NCBI GenBank assembly: GCA_044229845.1
Contig: JBGASG010000003.1
Location: 32,001 to 96,000, forward strand
Reading direction: 5' to 3'
Source of the DNA: Candidatus Obscuribacteraceae bacterium
Lineage (GTDB): Bacteria > Cyanobacteriota > Vampirovibrionia > Obscuribacterales > Obscuribacteraceae
Length of the DNA stretch: 64,000 nt
Position 1 is the first letter of the stretch, and the number at the start of each line of letters is the position of its first letter. Below are positions 49,040-57,527 of this stretch, piece after piece. The notes beneath the pieces are model-generated. The model did no database searches. It saw only the letters and a list, made by a program, of their open reading frames with translations, and had not been told where the DNA came from. The translations under genes and the position numbers were made by a program.

Positions 49040-49423
49040 ATGAATCTGGTCGCTTACCTGCGTTCTAGCATGCAAGAAGATGTTGGCGAGCAGGACATGG
49101 AAGAGCAGGAACGCGGAATCGCTGAATACTGCAAGCAGCGCGGCTACAATCTCAAAGAGGTAGTAACGGACGAGAGTATCGAGTCAAGCACCGAACGCCA
49201 CGGTCTCGATCACGCTCTTGAAACCACAGCCGACGGCATCATAGTCACAGATCCTTTAGTCATCACCGACAAGTATAAGGATCTGGATCACTTCTTTGAG
49301 AAGCTGGCGCAGCATCGCAAGAAACTTATCGTCGTGTACGAGAACAAGCAGTTCGACCCGCTGGCAGCTGCGAACGTGAAGGCAGACTTTCACGAGGCTT
49401 ATCCGCATCTGCTGCGCGACTGA
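49040..49423 (+). CDS. Stand-alone, degenerate resolvase/serine-recombinase N-terminal domain
   Basis: VAYLRSS...EEQ...IAEYC...YNLKEVVTD...ERHGL...ADGIIV; no DRLxR motif and no DNA-binding domain. Confidence 0.7.
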   Translation: MNLVAYLRSSMQEDVGEQDMEEQERGIAEYCKQRGYNLKEVVTDESIESSTERHGLDHALETTADGIIVTDPLVITDKYKDLDHFFEKLAQHRKKLIVVYENKQFDPLAAANVKADFHEAYPHLLRD

Positions 49424-49479
49424 GCCTAAGCATTACTCGCCATGACAACTAATTGACACCACAGGTGGTGCTGGATTAA

Positions 49480-50502
49480 ATGTTGCCCCTCGAGTCTTCT
49501 TATCCGCCAATGGAAGCCACCCTCACCGAGAAGTTACCGGTTGATGAACAGGGTTGGCAATTCGAACCAAAATGGGATGGCTTCCGGTGCCTGAGCTTCC
49601 GTGACGGCAATCATCTCGACATGCGCTCCAAAAGCGGGCAGCCACTGTCTCGCTATTTCCCGGAGGTGGAGCAGGCGGTGTTGTCGCTGGCTGCGACCCA
49701 ATGTGTTCTTGATGGCGAACTGGTAATGGCGGATCCGGAGCAATTCAGTTTCGACGATCTCCTCGAACGCATTCACCCGGCGGCCAGTCGCATAAAGAAG
49801 TTGTCCGTGGAACGTCCCGCCATATATGTGATATTCGATTTGCTGGTTGACGAGCACGGGCAGTCGCTTGTGGACTTGCCGCTTGAGAAACGGCGGCAAC
49901 ATCTGGAACATTTTGCCGAACAATTTCTCCGCACCAGAGATATACAAATATCACCAGCCACGACTGACAAAGAAGTAGCCAAGAAATGGTACGACATGGT
50001 CGGGATAGAGCTTGACGGCGTGGTTGCTAAAAGACTCGGTCTGCCTTACCAGAGCGGCAACCGCAAGGGCATGGTGAAAGTTAAGAACAAAAGAACCGCC
50101 GACGTTGTGATTGGAGGATTTCGATACGCCTCAAGCGGACGCATCATCGGTTCACTGCTGCTCGGCATTTACGACAGTAACGGATTGCTGAACCATGTCG
50201 GTTTCTCCTCAGCTTTCAGCGCCCGCGAAAAGCAACAGCTGACATCGCTGCTGGAACCCTTAATAGAGCAGCCCGGGTTCACGGGAAATGCGCCAGGGGG
50301 TCCCAGTCGGTGGGCAAACAAGAGAAGCGAGGAGTGGTATCCACTGAAGACCGGACTGGTCGCCGAAGTGGAATATGACCATTTCAGTGCCGGGCGATTC
50401 CGCCATGGAACGAAGTTCCTGCGCTGGCGCCCGGATAAAACGCCGGAACAATGCACCTACGAACAGCTCAAGCTCGACAAAGGCAGTAAACGCCTAAGCT
50501 GA
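49480..50502 (+). CDS. ligC: ATP-dependent DNA ligase, LigC type
   Basis: PPMEA, FEPKWDGFR, RIHPAASR, DGVVAK, PGGPSRW and GRFRHG..FLRWRPDK. Confidence 0.9.
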   Translation: MLPLESSYPPMEATLTEKLPVDEQGWQFEPKWDGFRCLSFRDGNHLDMRSKSGQPLSRYFPEVEQAVLSLAATQCVLDGELVMADPEQFSFDDLLERIHPAASRIKKLSVERPAIYVIFDLLVDEHGQSLVDLPLEKRRQHLEHFAEQFLRTRDIQISPATTDKEVAKKWYDMVGIELDGVVAKRLGLPYQSGNRKGMVKVKNKRTADVVIGGFRYASSGRIIGSLLLGIYDSNGLLNHVGFSSAFSAREKQQLTSLLEPLIEQPGFTGNAPGGPSRWANKRSEEWYPLKTGLVAEVEYDHFSAGRFRHGTKFLRWRPDKTPEQCTYEQLKLDKGSKRLS

Positions 50503-50556
50503 AGCGATATCATTTCAGTGCGGAGGAAAAGACTCAGTGGAGTGATATCACTTCGT
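50499..50556. repeat. Dispersed palindrome locus, 2 copies; first overlaps the ligC stop
   Basis: CTGAAGCGATATCATTTCAG (50499) and GTGGAGTGATATCACTTCGT (50537). Confidence 0.88.
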
Positions 50557-50599
50557 AATCGCGTCGTGAGAGTTCCAGACTAGTGCCCAACTGGACTAT

Positions 50600-50782
50600 T
50601 TATTTGGCGTATATGGCCAGCGCGATCAGCGCCAGCACAGGGAGTCCGAACCAGAGCAGCGCTTTCGCCATTGTCACATTGACACGTCCCTCCTGCGCGT
50701 GTAGCTCTTCGTAGAACTTGTAGACGCGGTCAATTTCCTGCTCGCGGGTTCGCATCTTGAGTGGGCGTGCTTGGCGTGCCAT
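50600..50782 (-). CDS. Small tail-anchored membrane protein
   Basis: RBS GAAAGGA and a C-terminal hydrophobic helix. Confidence 0.65.
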   Translation of the reverse strand: MARQARPLKMRTREQEIDRVYKFYEELHAQEGRVNVTMAKALLWFGLPVLALIALAIYAK

Positions 50783-50832
50783 GTCCTTTCTCCTTCGGGA
50801 AGACCGGTAATCGTCTCAACTTTCTGATAGAT

Positions 50833-50857
50833 GACGGAATTGCCAAGTAGCGGTTCC
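50833..50857 (-). promoter_or_regulatory. ECF-sigma-type promoter GGAAC-N16-CGTC
   Basis: Minus strand GGAACcgctacttggcaattcCGTC. Confidence 0.65.
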
Positions 50858-50894
50858 GGCTTTCCGTTACGAATCGGCACCGGTGGCGCGTTGC

Positions 50895-50920
50895 GGAACG
50901 AATTGAAAGTGTAGGACGTC
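50895..50920 (+). promoter_or_regulatory. ECF-sigma-type promoter GGAAC-N17-CGTC
   Basis: GGAACgaattgaaagtgtaggaCGTC upstream of 50990. Confidence 0.72.
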
Positions 50921-50989
50921 AGCGTTCCGGACCGGGCGCGGATTTAGGCGTTTTCGGCAATCATCAACTGAGGTCAGGAGGCTAAACGT

Positions 50990-51208
50990 ATGACGGACAA
51001 AGTCAGCAAATCCAAGACGGCTCAAAACGAGCCTGTTCCAACTCGCGCCGAACGTGACGCGGCATCATCCTCCTCCGGAGGACGGAAGGCAGTCGAGGTC
51101 GAGGTCGACGCGGAAGTCGCTAAGAAGAACGAGGGATCGACTCCTGGCGCCGTCGAGATAGCTCCGCCCGTCGGTCTGGAGCTAGAGACTCGAGGAGATG
51201 AGGAATAG
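50990..51208 (+). CDS. Small hydrophilic hypothetical protein
   Basis: RBS AGGAGG; 72 aa, appears disordered. Confidence 0.6.
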   Translation: MTDKVSKSKTAQNEPVPTRAERDAASSSSGGRKAVEVEVDAEVAKKNEGSTPGAVEIAPPVGLELETRGDEE

Positions 51209-51493
51209 TCACCCAGTAGTGCGGATACAGCGTCATCCGGAGATCGATCTGAATCCACGGAAGATATGACTGTCAGTCCGCTGACCGTCACGGCGAGCGA
51301 TCGAACGAAGGGCTCGACATCAAATAGCGCTCACTTGTATATACAAACACCCTCCGGTCGCCACCACTGACGGTGACTAAGCAATATTCGAAGAGGCAAA
51401 TATTCGATCAAAGCTGTTGGTTTCACTAGGGGAGGGGGGAATATTATTACCGCCTACCCCATTTGGACACCCCGTGCAAGAGAGAAGAAGATC

Positions 51494-52015
51494 ATGAACA
51501 ACATTGCAGATCTGCTTGACCAAGCAACCGTTTTTGAGTCGACCGGCGATTACGCTAGAGCGGAGCGGTGCTATATCTATGCACTCGAACTGAAGGAACG
51601 CACCTTTGGCAGAGAGCATCCGGCCCTCGCAACTGACTTGCATAATGCGGGTCTTCTTCTGTTCGCCCAAGATAAATATGAAGAGGCCGAGCGTTTGCTT
51701 AGTCGCGAATTGATCATCGAAGAGAAACACTATGGTCCCGATCACCCGGAGTTGATAGCCACACTCGAGCATCTGGCAGCGGTCTACTTCAATCAGGAAC
51801 GCTACTCGGAATCAGAGTTCGCATATCGCCGGCTGATCAAACTAATCGAGGCGACGCAACCAATCAATCGCGCTGAACTTACAAATCATTTGCATAACCT
51901 CGCCGAAATTTGCGATCTTCAGGGAAACGGCAATGAAGCGCAAGCGCTCAAGAGACGAGCCCAAGAATTGCTGGATTCGCACATGAGCACAGCTTGCCGC
52001 ACCCGACATAACTAA
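51494..52015 (+). CDS. Tetratricopeptide repeat protein (kinesin-light-chain-like TPR)
   Basis: G.EHP.LA..LHN and GPDHP...TLEHLA repeats. Confidence 0.88.
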   Translation: MNNIADLLDQATVFESTGDYARAERCYIYALELKERTFGREHPALATDLHNAGLLLFAQDKYEEAERLLSRELIIEEKHYGPDHPELIATLEHLAAVYFNQERYSESEFAYRRLIKLIEATQPINRAELTNHLHNLAEICDLQGNGNEAQALKRRAQELLDSHMSTACRTRHN

Positions 52016-52030
52016 CCCACAGGCAAGCTC

Positions 52031-52068
52031 AAATGGTCCGCTCGCTGACTCAGCGGGCGGACCATTTT
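52031..52068. terminator. Bidirectional intrinsic terminator
   Basis: AAATGGTCCGCTCGCTG-act-CAGCGGGCGGACCATTTT between convergent genes. Confidence 0.8.
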
Positions 52069-52083
52069 ATTGAAAGCTGATGG

Positions 52084-52941
52084 TCACATCTGGTCTACCA
52101 GATGAAGCAAATGTGCATGAAGTTCTCCGTGCGGTAGATGAATGCGGTCTCCATGGCCAGGCAATACCCACTCAAAGTTGTAGTCGAGGAGCCGTCGCAT
52201 AGACCGTTTCTGATCGCTCCACGAGTACCAGCACACGCTGCGCGACGCGCCAAGCGACTTCTCGTCACGATCCCACCATAAGTGATCACCAGTGAATAGC
52301 AATCTGCTGTCATGTAGAAGAACGCAATGCCCCTGGGTGTGTCCCGGCGTCGGAATAACGAAAAATCCCTCGCTAATTTCCGTTGGCTCATCGCCGCGCA
52401 ACACCACTTCAGCCTGGGGTTGTGAGGACAGTTCGAACTCGTGAATGATGCGCGAAGCCCCAAACTCTGCAGCGTATCGCTGCGCCTCAGCCACATCGTC
52501 CCGATGAGTCAGGAAGATGTATCTGATGCCGCCCAGTTTGTGAAACTGCTGTACCAGATGCATAACAAACTTTGGCGAATCGATAAGCCAGTTTCCGTCT
52601 TTGTGGCGCAGGAAATAGCTGTTTCCGCCGTACGATTTGGGCGAATTGAAACCGCAGTAATACAGATCAGGCTCCAACTCCAGCGGAAAATCCTTCATGA
52701 CTTCATGAGAGTCATTGTCCGTCAAAACCCCAATTGAACCAGTCGGGCAAGACAGGAGCGCCCTGGTCGCGGATCGGCGCTCAAAACCAGTTGCCGGTTG
52801 TACCTGGACGTATGAGTAATCGTCCGTTTCCCCAAATGTGGCAGGCGCCAGCTGCCTGCAGGTGTCGCAGTTTATGCAAGTCGAATCGACGAAAAATTCT
52901 CCCGGCACGTTAGCAGGCAACTTCTTATTTACATCGGCCAT
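52084..52941 (-). CDS. Ferredoxin-fused metallo-beta-lactamase fold protein
   Basis: CINCDTC...CPTGSI, LTHRDD, PGHTQG, FTGDH and LPGHG. Confidence 0.88.
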   Translation of the reverse strand: MADVNKKLPANVPGEFFVDSTCINCDTCRQLAPATFGETDDYSYVQVQPATGFERRSATRALLSCPTGSIGVLTDNDSHEVMKDFPLELEPDLYYCGFNSPKSYGGNSYFLRHKDGNWLIDSPKFVMHLVQQFHKLGGIRYIFLTHRDDVAEAQRYAAEFGASRIIHEFELSSQPQAEVVLRGDEPTEISEGFFVIPTPGHTQGHCVLLHDSRLLFTGDHLWWDRDEKSLGASRSVCWYSWSDQKRSMRRLLDYNFEWVLPGHGDRIHLPHGELHAHLLHLVDQM

Positions 52942-53019
52942 GCAGCACGCTCCATGTCTCACTAACCACTGTATCACTGCTCCGACAGCCCCAAGCAAGC
53001 CCTCTCTCGGTTCTGGGAG

Positions 53020-53069
53020 CCCGAGTGATATCGCTTCAGCTTCACTCGGCTGGAGTGATATCACCGTAG
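53020..53069. repeat. Dispersed palindrome locus, 2 copies at 30-bp period
   Basis: CCCGAGTGATATCGCTTCAG (53020) and CTGGAGTGATATCACCGTAG (53050). Confidence 0.88.
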
Positions 53070-53143
53070 TTGACTCTTGGAAATGGGAACTTATGACCAC
53101 GACAATTCGACATACCTGAAATCCTACGAACTGGAGCAGCGCC

Positions 53144-53425
53144 ATGTTGAAGCCGTTGTTTTTACTACTCTCTGGGGCTGTCTACCTGACGAGCCTGAAC
53201 TCCGAGACCTGTAGCGATTTGCTGATCGCACAGACCCGCTCAGCCAGCAGGCACGTACCGGCTCCAGTCGCGGAAACCACCCGCGTCAGAAACTTCACCG
53301 TCCCATCGGAATCATCGGCGTCCACCATGCAAACCGAATTGAGCGGCGAAGCGCTTTCCCCGTACGACGATCATGCGGCACTGCCCGCGGGCGCGGTTTA
53401 CACTACATCTGACGACACTGCCTAG
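53144..53425 (+). CDS. Small hypothetical protein, possible signal peptide
   Basis: RBS GGAG and a hydrophobic N-terminus. Confidence 0.5.
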   Translation: MLKPLFLLLSGAVYLTSLNSETCSDLLIAQTRSASRHVPAPVAETTRVRNFTVPSESSASTMQTELSGEALSPYDDHAALPAGAVYTTSDDTA

Positions 53426-53445
53426 CCGACCAACAAGCGGAATAA

Positions 53446-53493
53446 AACTGCGACAAGAACTGCGACCAGAACTGCGACAAGAACTGCGACCAG
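53446..53493 (+). repeat. Tandem repeat, 4 x 12 bp AACTGCGAC(A/C)AG
   Basis: Alternating units AACTGCGACAAG and AACTGCGACCAG. Confidence 0.9.
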
Positions 53494-53548
53494 CCTGTCT
53501 GCCCGGTCCAAGCCCTGAACCGCAGTCACGCAATACGCATAGAAGGAA

Positions 53549-53755
53549 GTGATTTCCATGAAACAAGCATCCGAACCCGACTATCTGCATCCAGATGGTA
53601 AGCCTGATGATGCCACCGCGCTCGAGGATTTACCGGATCACGAAAAGTATTCCAACGGCTCAAAAAATAAGGCCTTGAACGAGGCAGATGGTCATAGTAT
53701 TGAGCGAAAAGATAAGTTCTTAGGAACAGATGGCACTACCCAGAATCAATCGTGA
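53549..53755 (+). CDS. Small hydrophilic hypothetical protein
   Basis: AGAAGGAAG upstream; 65-68 aa. Confidence 0.5.
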   Translation: MISMKQASEPDYLHPDGKPDDATALEDLPDHEKYSNGSKNKALNEADGHSIERKDKFLGTDGTTQNQS

Positions 53756-53787
53756 TACCCAATTTGGTATTGGCGGCGTGGGCGCAG

Positions 53788-55266
53788 CTAGCCGTTCAGC
53801 CGATTCCCACAAGTGCCGCAGAACTTGGCGTGCCGAATCATGAGCGCCTTGCATTTGGGGCATTCGATTTTGTTGTGCTCTTTGTCGGCTGGTCTGGCAA
53901 GACCACCAGTCCCTTTACTGGGGCGATTTGACACTTTTCCGCCCAGGCACTGCGCAATCGATTCACACCAGAGCATCTGGTGGAGATGCTGCGGCAATGC
54001 ATGCAATCTAGGGTCCAGAGGCAACATGCCGCAATGCATTCCAATCACCTGCGAGCCCTTAAAAATTGGGCTTCCGGCGGCCTGGTACGGCAGTGCGATT
54101 GAATGCAGCAGGTGCCAAGGATCGTTGGGGCGCAGCAAACCGATCAAGTTTCCCTGTCGTATTTGAGGAACCCCAACAGTTGGATGAATAGTCAGATTGG
54201 AGATCTCATCCCATGGGGCAAGGAAACTCGCGGGAGACATTTCCAATGGACGCATCGGCATAAGATCGTCAGTGTTCAGCGGAACCTGTGCAATCTGCCT
54301 TGTAGAAAGGAGCTCCGCAAGCGTCACGTAAACCGTGTAGCTGTCCAGACACACGATATCCCAGAGTCGGTCTATGGATACGCCGCCATCCAAGTGAGGC
54401 CAGATGCGACGTGCGTAGATCTGCACTTCCGGATTCAGAGCTTGTTCGTCGAGTATTTCGGTAGCCCTGGCATAACAAGTTCCGTCACCGCCCAGTTCCG
54501 TCAACACTCGGGGAACCTCGTCCATGCGTCGGTGCGCCTCAAGCAACAAACTTTCTGTCGGGCGAGACATTACAGCGCTGACCTGCCAGTCAGGCTTGCT
54601 CGCAGTTTGAAAGAGAAATTGGCCGGTCACCTGATGGCAGAACATCTGGTAGACGGCCGCTTCATTAATGAGCTTGCCGTACTTTGCATAGAGAACGGCT
54701 CCTTCGCGGCAAAAGAGCTTCGCCACCGGGCGATTGCGCTCATCGGACAGGACGAGCAGTCCGTCCTTTCTGGAGGCGGTCATCGTTTGTATTACAAGCG
54801 CCAGTCCCAACTCATCAACCGAACCACCCAGACCTTTCATGCGCGGCATGGGAGTCATCGAGAGTTTCTTGTTGAATGTGGTCATAAAATCTGTAGTCAG
54901 TTCAACCAGCGATCGCGAAAGCGTCAGCACGGCTAAATTGTGGTCCTGCAAAGCCAGTGCGGGAACAGGCTGCGACAAGGAACGCTGGGATAACTCGTTG
55001 GCTGTCTTGATGTCGAAACGCGGGTGAAAGTCAACATCTCTGACCTCCCAATCCTGTCCCGTGGCGGGAAAGCTCACCTTTAGCGCGTTCAAATCTTCCA
55101 GGTAGAGAACCACCAGGTGGGCGCAAGTCACCACCTTGTTTTGCTCCACCATCCAGACCGTGCCGAAGGGCTCCTCTCTGCGCACGCACCTGTCAACGAG
55201 CATTCCGACCGACGTCGCATACTTCGCAATTTCTTGCCTTTGTGTAGAAAGAATGGCCTGGTGCAT
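53788..55266 (-). CDS. Trypsin-like pseudo-protease / DUF4388 / zinc-ribbon protein
   Basis: GTVW...VVTCAHLV; GLGGSVDELGLALVIQ...G.L.L...LF.REG.V.YA...LLLEAHRRMDE; AGSPIF..VIGMH; CPKC...FCGTCG. Confidence 0.72.
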   Translation of the reverse strand: MHQAILSTQRQEIAKYATSVGMLVDRCVRREEPFGTVWMVEQNKVVTCAHLVVLYLEDLNALKVSFPATGQDWEVRDVDFHPRFDIKTANELSQRSLSQPVPALALQDHNLAVLTLSRSLVELTTDFMTTFNKKLSMTPMPRMKGLGGSVDELGLALVIQTMTASRKDGLLVLSDERNRPVAKLFCREGAVLYAKYGKLINEAAVYQMFCHQVTGQFLFQTASKPDWQVSAVMSRPTESLLLEAHRRMDEVPRVLTELGGDGTCYARATEILDEQALNPEVQIYARRIWPHLDGGVSIDRLWDIVCLDSYTVYVTLAELLSTRQIAQVPLNTDDLMPMRPLEMSPASFLAPWDEISNLTIHPTVGVPQIRQGNLIGLLRPNDPWHLLHSIALPYQAAGSPIFKGSQVIGMHCGMLPLDPRLHALPQHLHQMLWCESIAQCLGGKVSNRPSKGTGGLARPADKEHNKIECPKCKALMIRHAKFCGTCGNRLNG

Positions 55267-55974
55267 GATTGGTCAAAATCATAGCCGAACCTCCAAGAAG
55301 TAAACAGGCCCGCGCTGAAGCGAGGTTGCATCTGTAAAGCATCGGATGCGGGACCAATTGAAACGTACTCCGCAGGACCTTGCCGCTCCACGCGCCCCAG
55401 ACGGCTCACGGCAGTGCAAGATGTAAGTTCCTGCCCTGGCATCGTTCCGATGCATCCAAGAGAGAACAGTTCTCCTATCAGCATGAGTAAAACTTTTCCA
55501 AGTTGATTAGCATTCCGCCGGCTTGTCAGGAACGTATGTTCAGCACCGACTCCCAGCGTAAACAGGCGCTTAGTGGTTTCTTCAAGAATTCCAAGAGAGA
55601 CAAAATAAGACACGCGTTGTCAACAAAGGTGCACTAAAACGCTGAAGTGCCTGCTTCGCAGGTTTTACTGTTCAACCGATGAATCATGTCTAGCGCCGGC
55701 AACAGTTTAGGTTCAGCCGCTGTTCGGTGTTAGGATGATTGCCGAAGCGACCTCCTGAAGTGACACCATCTGCGCTATCAACTGATGGTGATATTCGAGA
55801 TTCTCGCAGTCAAACTGCTTCGCATTTTCGTGGCGTGCGCTTTGTGTCGGCGTTTGTTAGGCTATTAGGTGGATCGATCGAAAGTTTCTTCGAATGTTTT
55901 TGTCTCAATGTGCCGCGTGCGTTCATCGTAGATCGATTGCACCGGATGGATTCCTCTCAGCGTGAGGCGGTCCC

Positions 55975-56265
55975 ATGGGAGTGGACAGCGTGTCAAAAAA
56001 ACCGATAGCTCCAGACGTGCTGGTTACGGCTCTCAGTCTGGCTATCCAGGAACGCCGCAAAGAGCTGAGGCTTTCGCAAGACGAAGTTGCCAGACGCGCC
56101 GGACTGCACCGCACGTACATAAGTGAAGTGGAGCGGCACTCCCGGAACTTCTCCATCAAGATCTTCATGCGTTTGTCTAGCGCGCTCGAAACTGATCCTT
56201 CTACGCTCATGCGCAATGCCGAAGCAATGGCGACGCTCGAACGAAAGCCCACCAAACGCGGTTAG
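55975..56265 (+). CDS. XRE-family helix-turn-helix transcriptional regulator
   Basis: RRKELRLSQDEVARRAGLHRTYISEVERHSRN. Confidence 0.92.
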   Translation: MGVDSVSKKPIAPDVLVTALSLAIQERRKELRLSQDEVARRAGLHRTYISEVERHSRNFSIKIFMRLSSALETDPSTLMRNAEAMATLERKPTKRG

Positions 56266-56315
56266 CCTGCTCTAAGTCTAGTCCTGCTCTAAGTCTAGGT
56301 TTCCAGGTTTTCCGG

Positions 56316-57161
56316 TTAGGTTTCCGACGTGGTCAGCGAGGACATCGAAGTTCCGACCGGGCTGCTGGAAAGTGTTGCGACATATTCCTTCAGTTCAAAG
56401 AACTGTCTGTGCAGTCGGCAATAGGCACTGTATATGGTGCGCCAGTTCTGCTGCGCAGCACAAGTCTCGAGATACAAGGCTAATCTTGCCAGTTCCTCGG
56501 CATGAGCTGCCCATGCTGCACCTTTGACTTCGTGCGCCAGGCGGGAAATCTTTTGCGCCTGCTGCTTGTCGATTGCTTTGCGCAGCTCATCCACCAACTT
56601 CTCGGTCGACGTGGTGAAGAGTGTCAAGAGTTCAGCTGCGTTGGTTCCGTACTCTGCTTGCAGCGCCGCAAAATCGACAGGCTCTTCCTTCGAATCGACA
56701 ATCGATTTTGCAGCATCGAATATAGGTATGACCTTGCCTGGCTCTTTTGTAATGCCGGCTGTCCAGTACTCGAGCTTCTCAGCTAGCAGGTCCCGATCAA
56801 TTGGTTTGGTTATATAGTCGTCCATGCCGGCAGCCAAACACCGTTCGCGATCGCCCGACATAGCCATGGCGGTAACCGCAATAATCGGCACGCGCCGCCC
56901 CAAGACTTTCTCGGCATCCCGAATCAACTTCGTGGCTTCGAATCCATCCATTTCGGGCATCTGACAATCCATCAAAATCGCAGCGTACTGTTGATTTGAC
57001 GCCGCTTCCACAGCTTGCAGCCCGTTCATGGCCAGATGGCTTTCCCATCCGAGGCGATCGAGCAGAAGCATGGCGACCTTCTGGTTAAGCGGATGGTCTT
57101 CTGCGAGCAAAATCACTCTGGAAACCGTGTTGTTGTCAGCTCTTCGTTTGAATGCGTTCAT
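56316..57161 (-). CDS. Receiver plus Hpt domain phosphorelay protein
   Basis: LAEDH, ILMDCQMPEMDG, DDYITKP and Hpt LAHEVKGAA. Confidence 0.9.
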   Translation of the reverse strand: MNAFKRRADNNTVSRVILLAEDHPLNQKVAMLLLDRLGWESHLAMNGLQAVEAASNQQYAAILMDCQMPEMDGFEATKLIRDAEKVLGRRVPIIAVTAMAMSGDRERCLAAGMDDYITKPIDRDLLAEKLEYWTAGITKEPGKVIPIFDAAKSIVDSKEEPVDFAALQAEYGTNAAELLTLFTTSTEKLVDELRKAIDKQQAQKISRLAHEVKGAAWAAHAEELARLALYLETCAAQQNWRTIYSAYCRLHRQFFELKEYVATLSSSPVGTSMSSLTTSET

Positions 57162-57424
57162 TAAGGATGCCTGATTTAAGGTGGTTGGGAAAGACGACCA
57201 AGAGTTCTTCCATAACACCTTCGATAATCGCACCATGAGGAGACTTCCTTAAGTAAGGATTCCCCTCTTTTCACTGTGGGTTCCCCTACGTCCGTAGACG
57301 CAATGGCTCATCCAGCTATCGGCTCCACGGTTCAGCTAGGACTGGAGTCATCTCTGGCGAAAACCATAATTTTTCCCACTACACAACGATAGGCGCCATC
57401 GGTGAACACATGCCCCGAACTAAG

Positions 57425-57501
57425 CTGAAGCGATATCACTCCAGCACAATCGATATCACTCCAGCACAAAGCGATATCACTCGGGTCCGATATCACTCGG
57501 G
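57425..57501. repeat. Dispersed palindrome locus, 4 closely packed and partly truncated copies
   Basis: CTGAAGCGATATCACTCCAG (57425), then CGATATCACT cores at 57451, 57472 and 57488. Confidence 0.9.
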
Positions 57502-57527
57502 GTCCGCGAGGGGCTACCTGCCAGGGG

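Noticed and set aside
52942..53145. N-terminal extension of the ferredoxin-MBL ORF, and ORFs 43132..43314, 44666..45214 and 57332..57613 containing VISLQ
   Set aside because: The shared VISLQ peptide is just the translated palindrome, so these are spurious readings.
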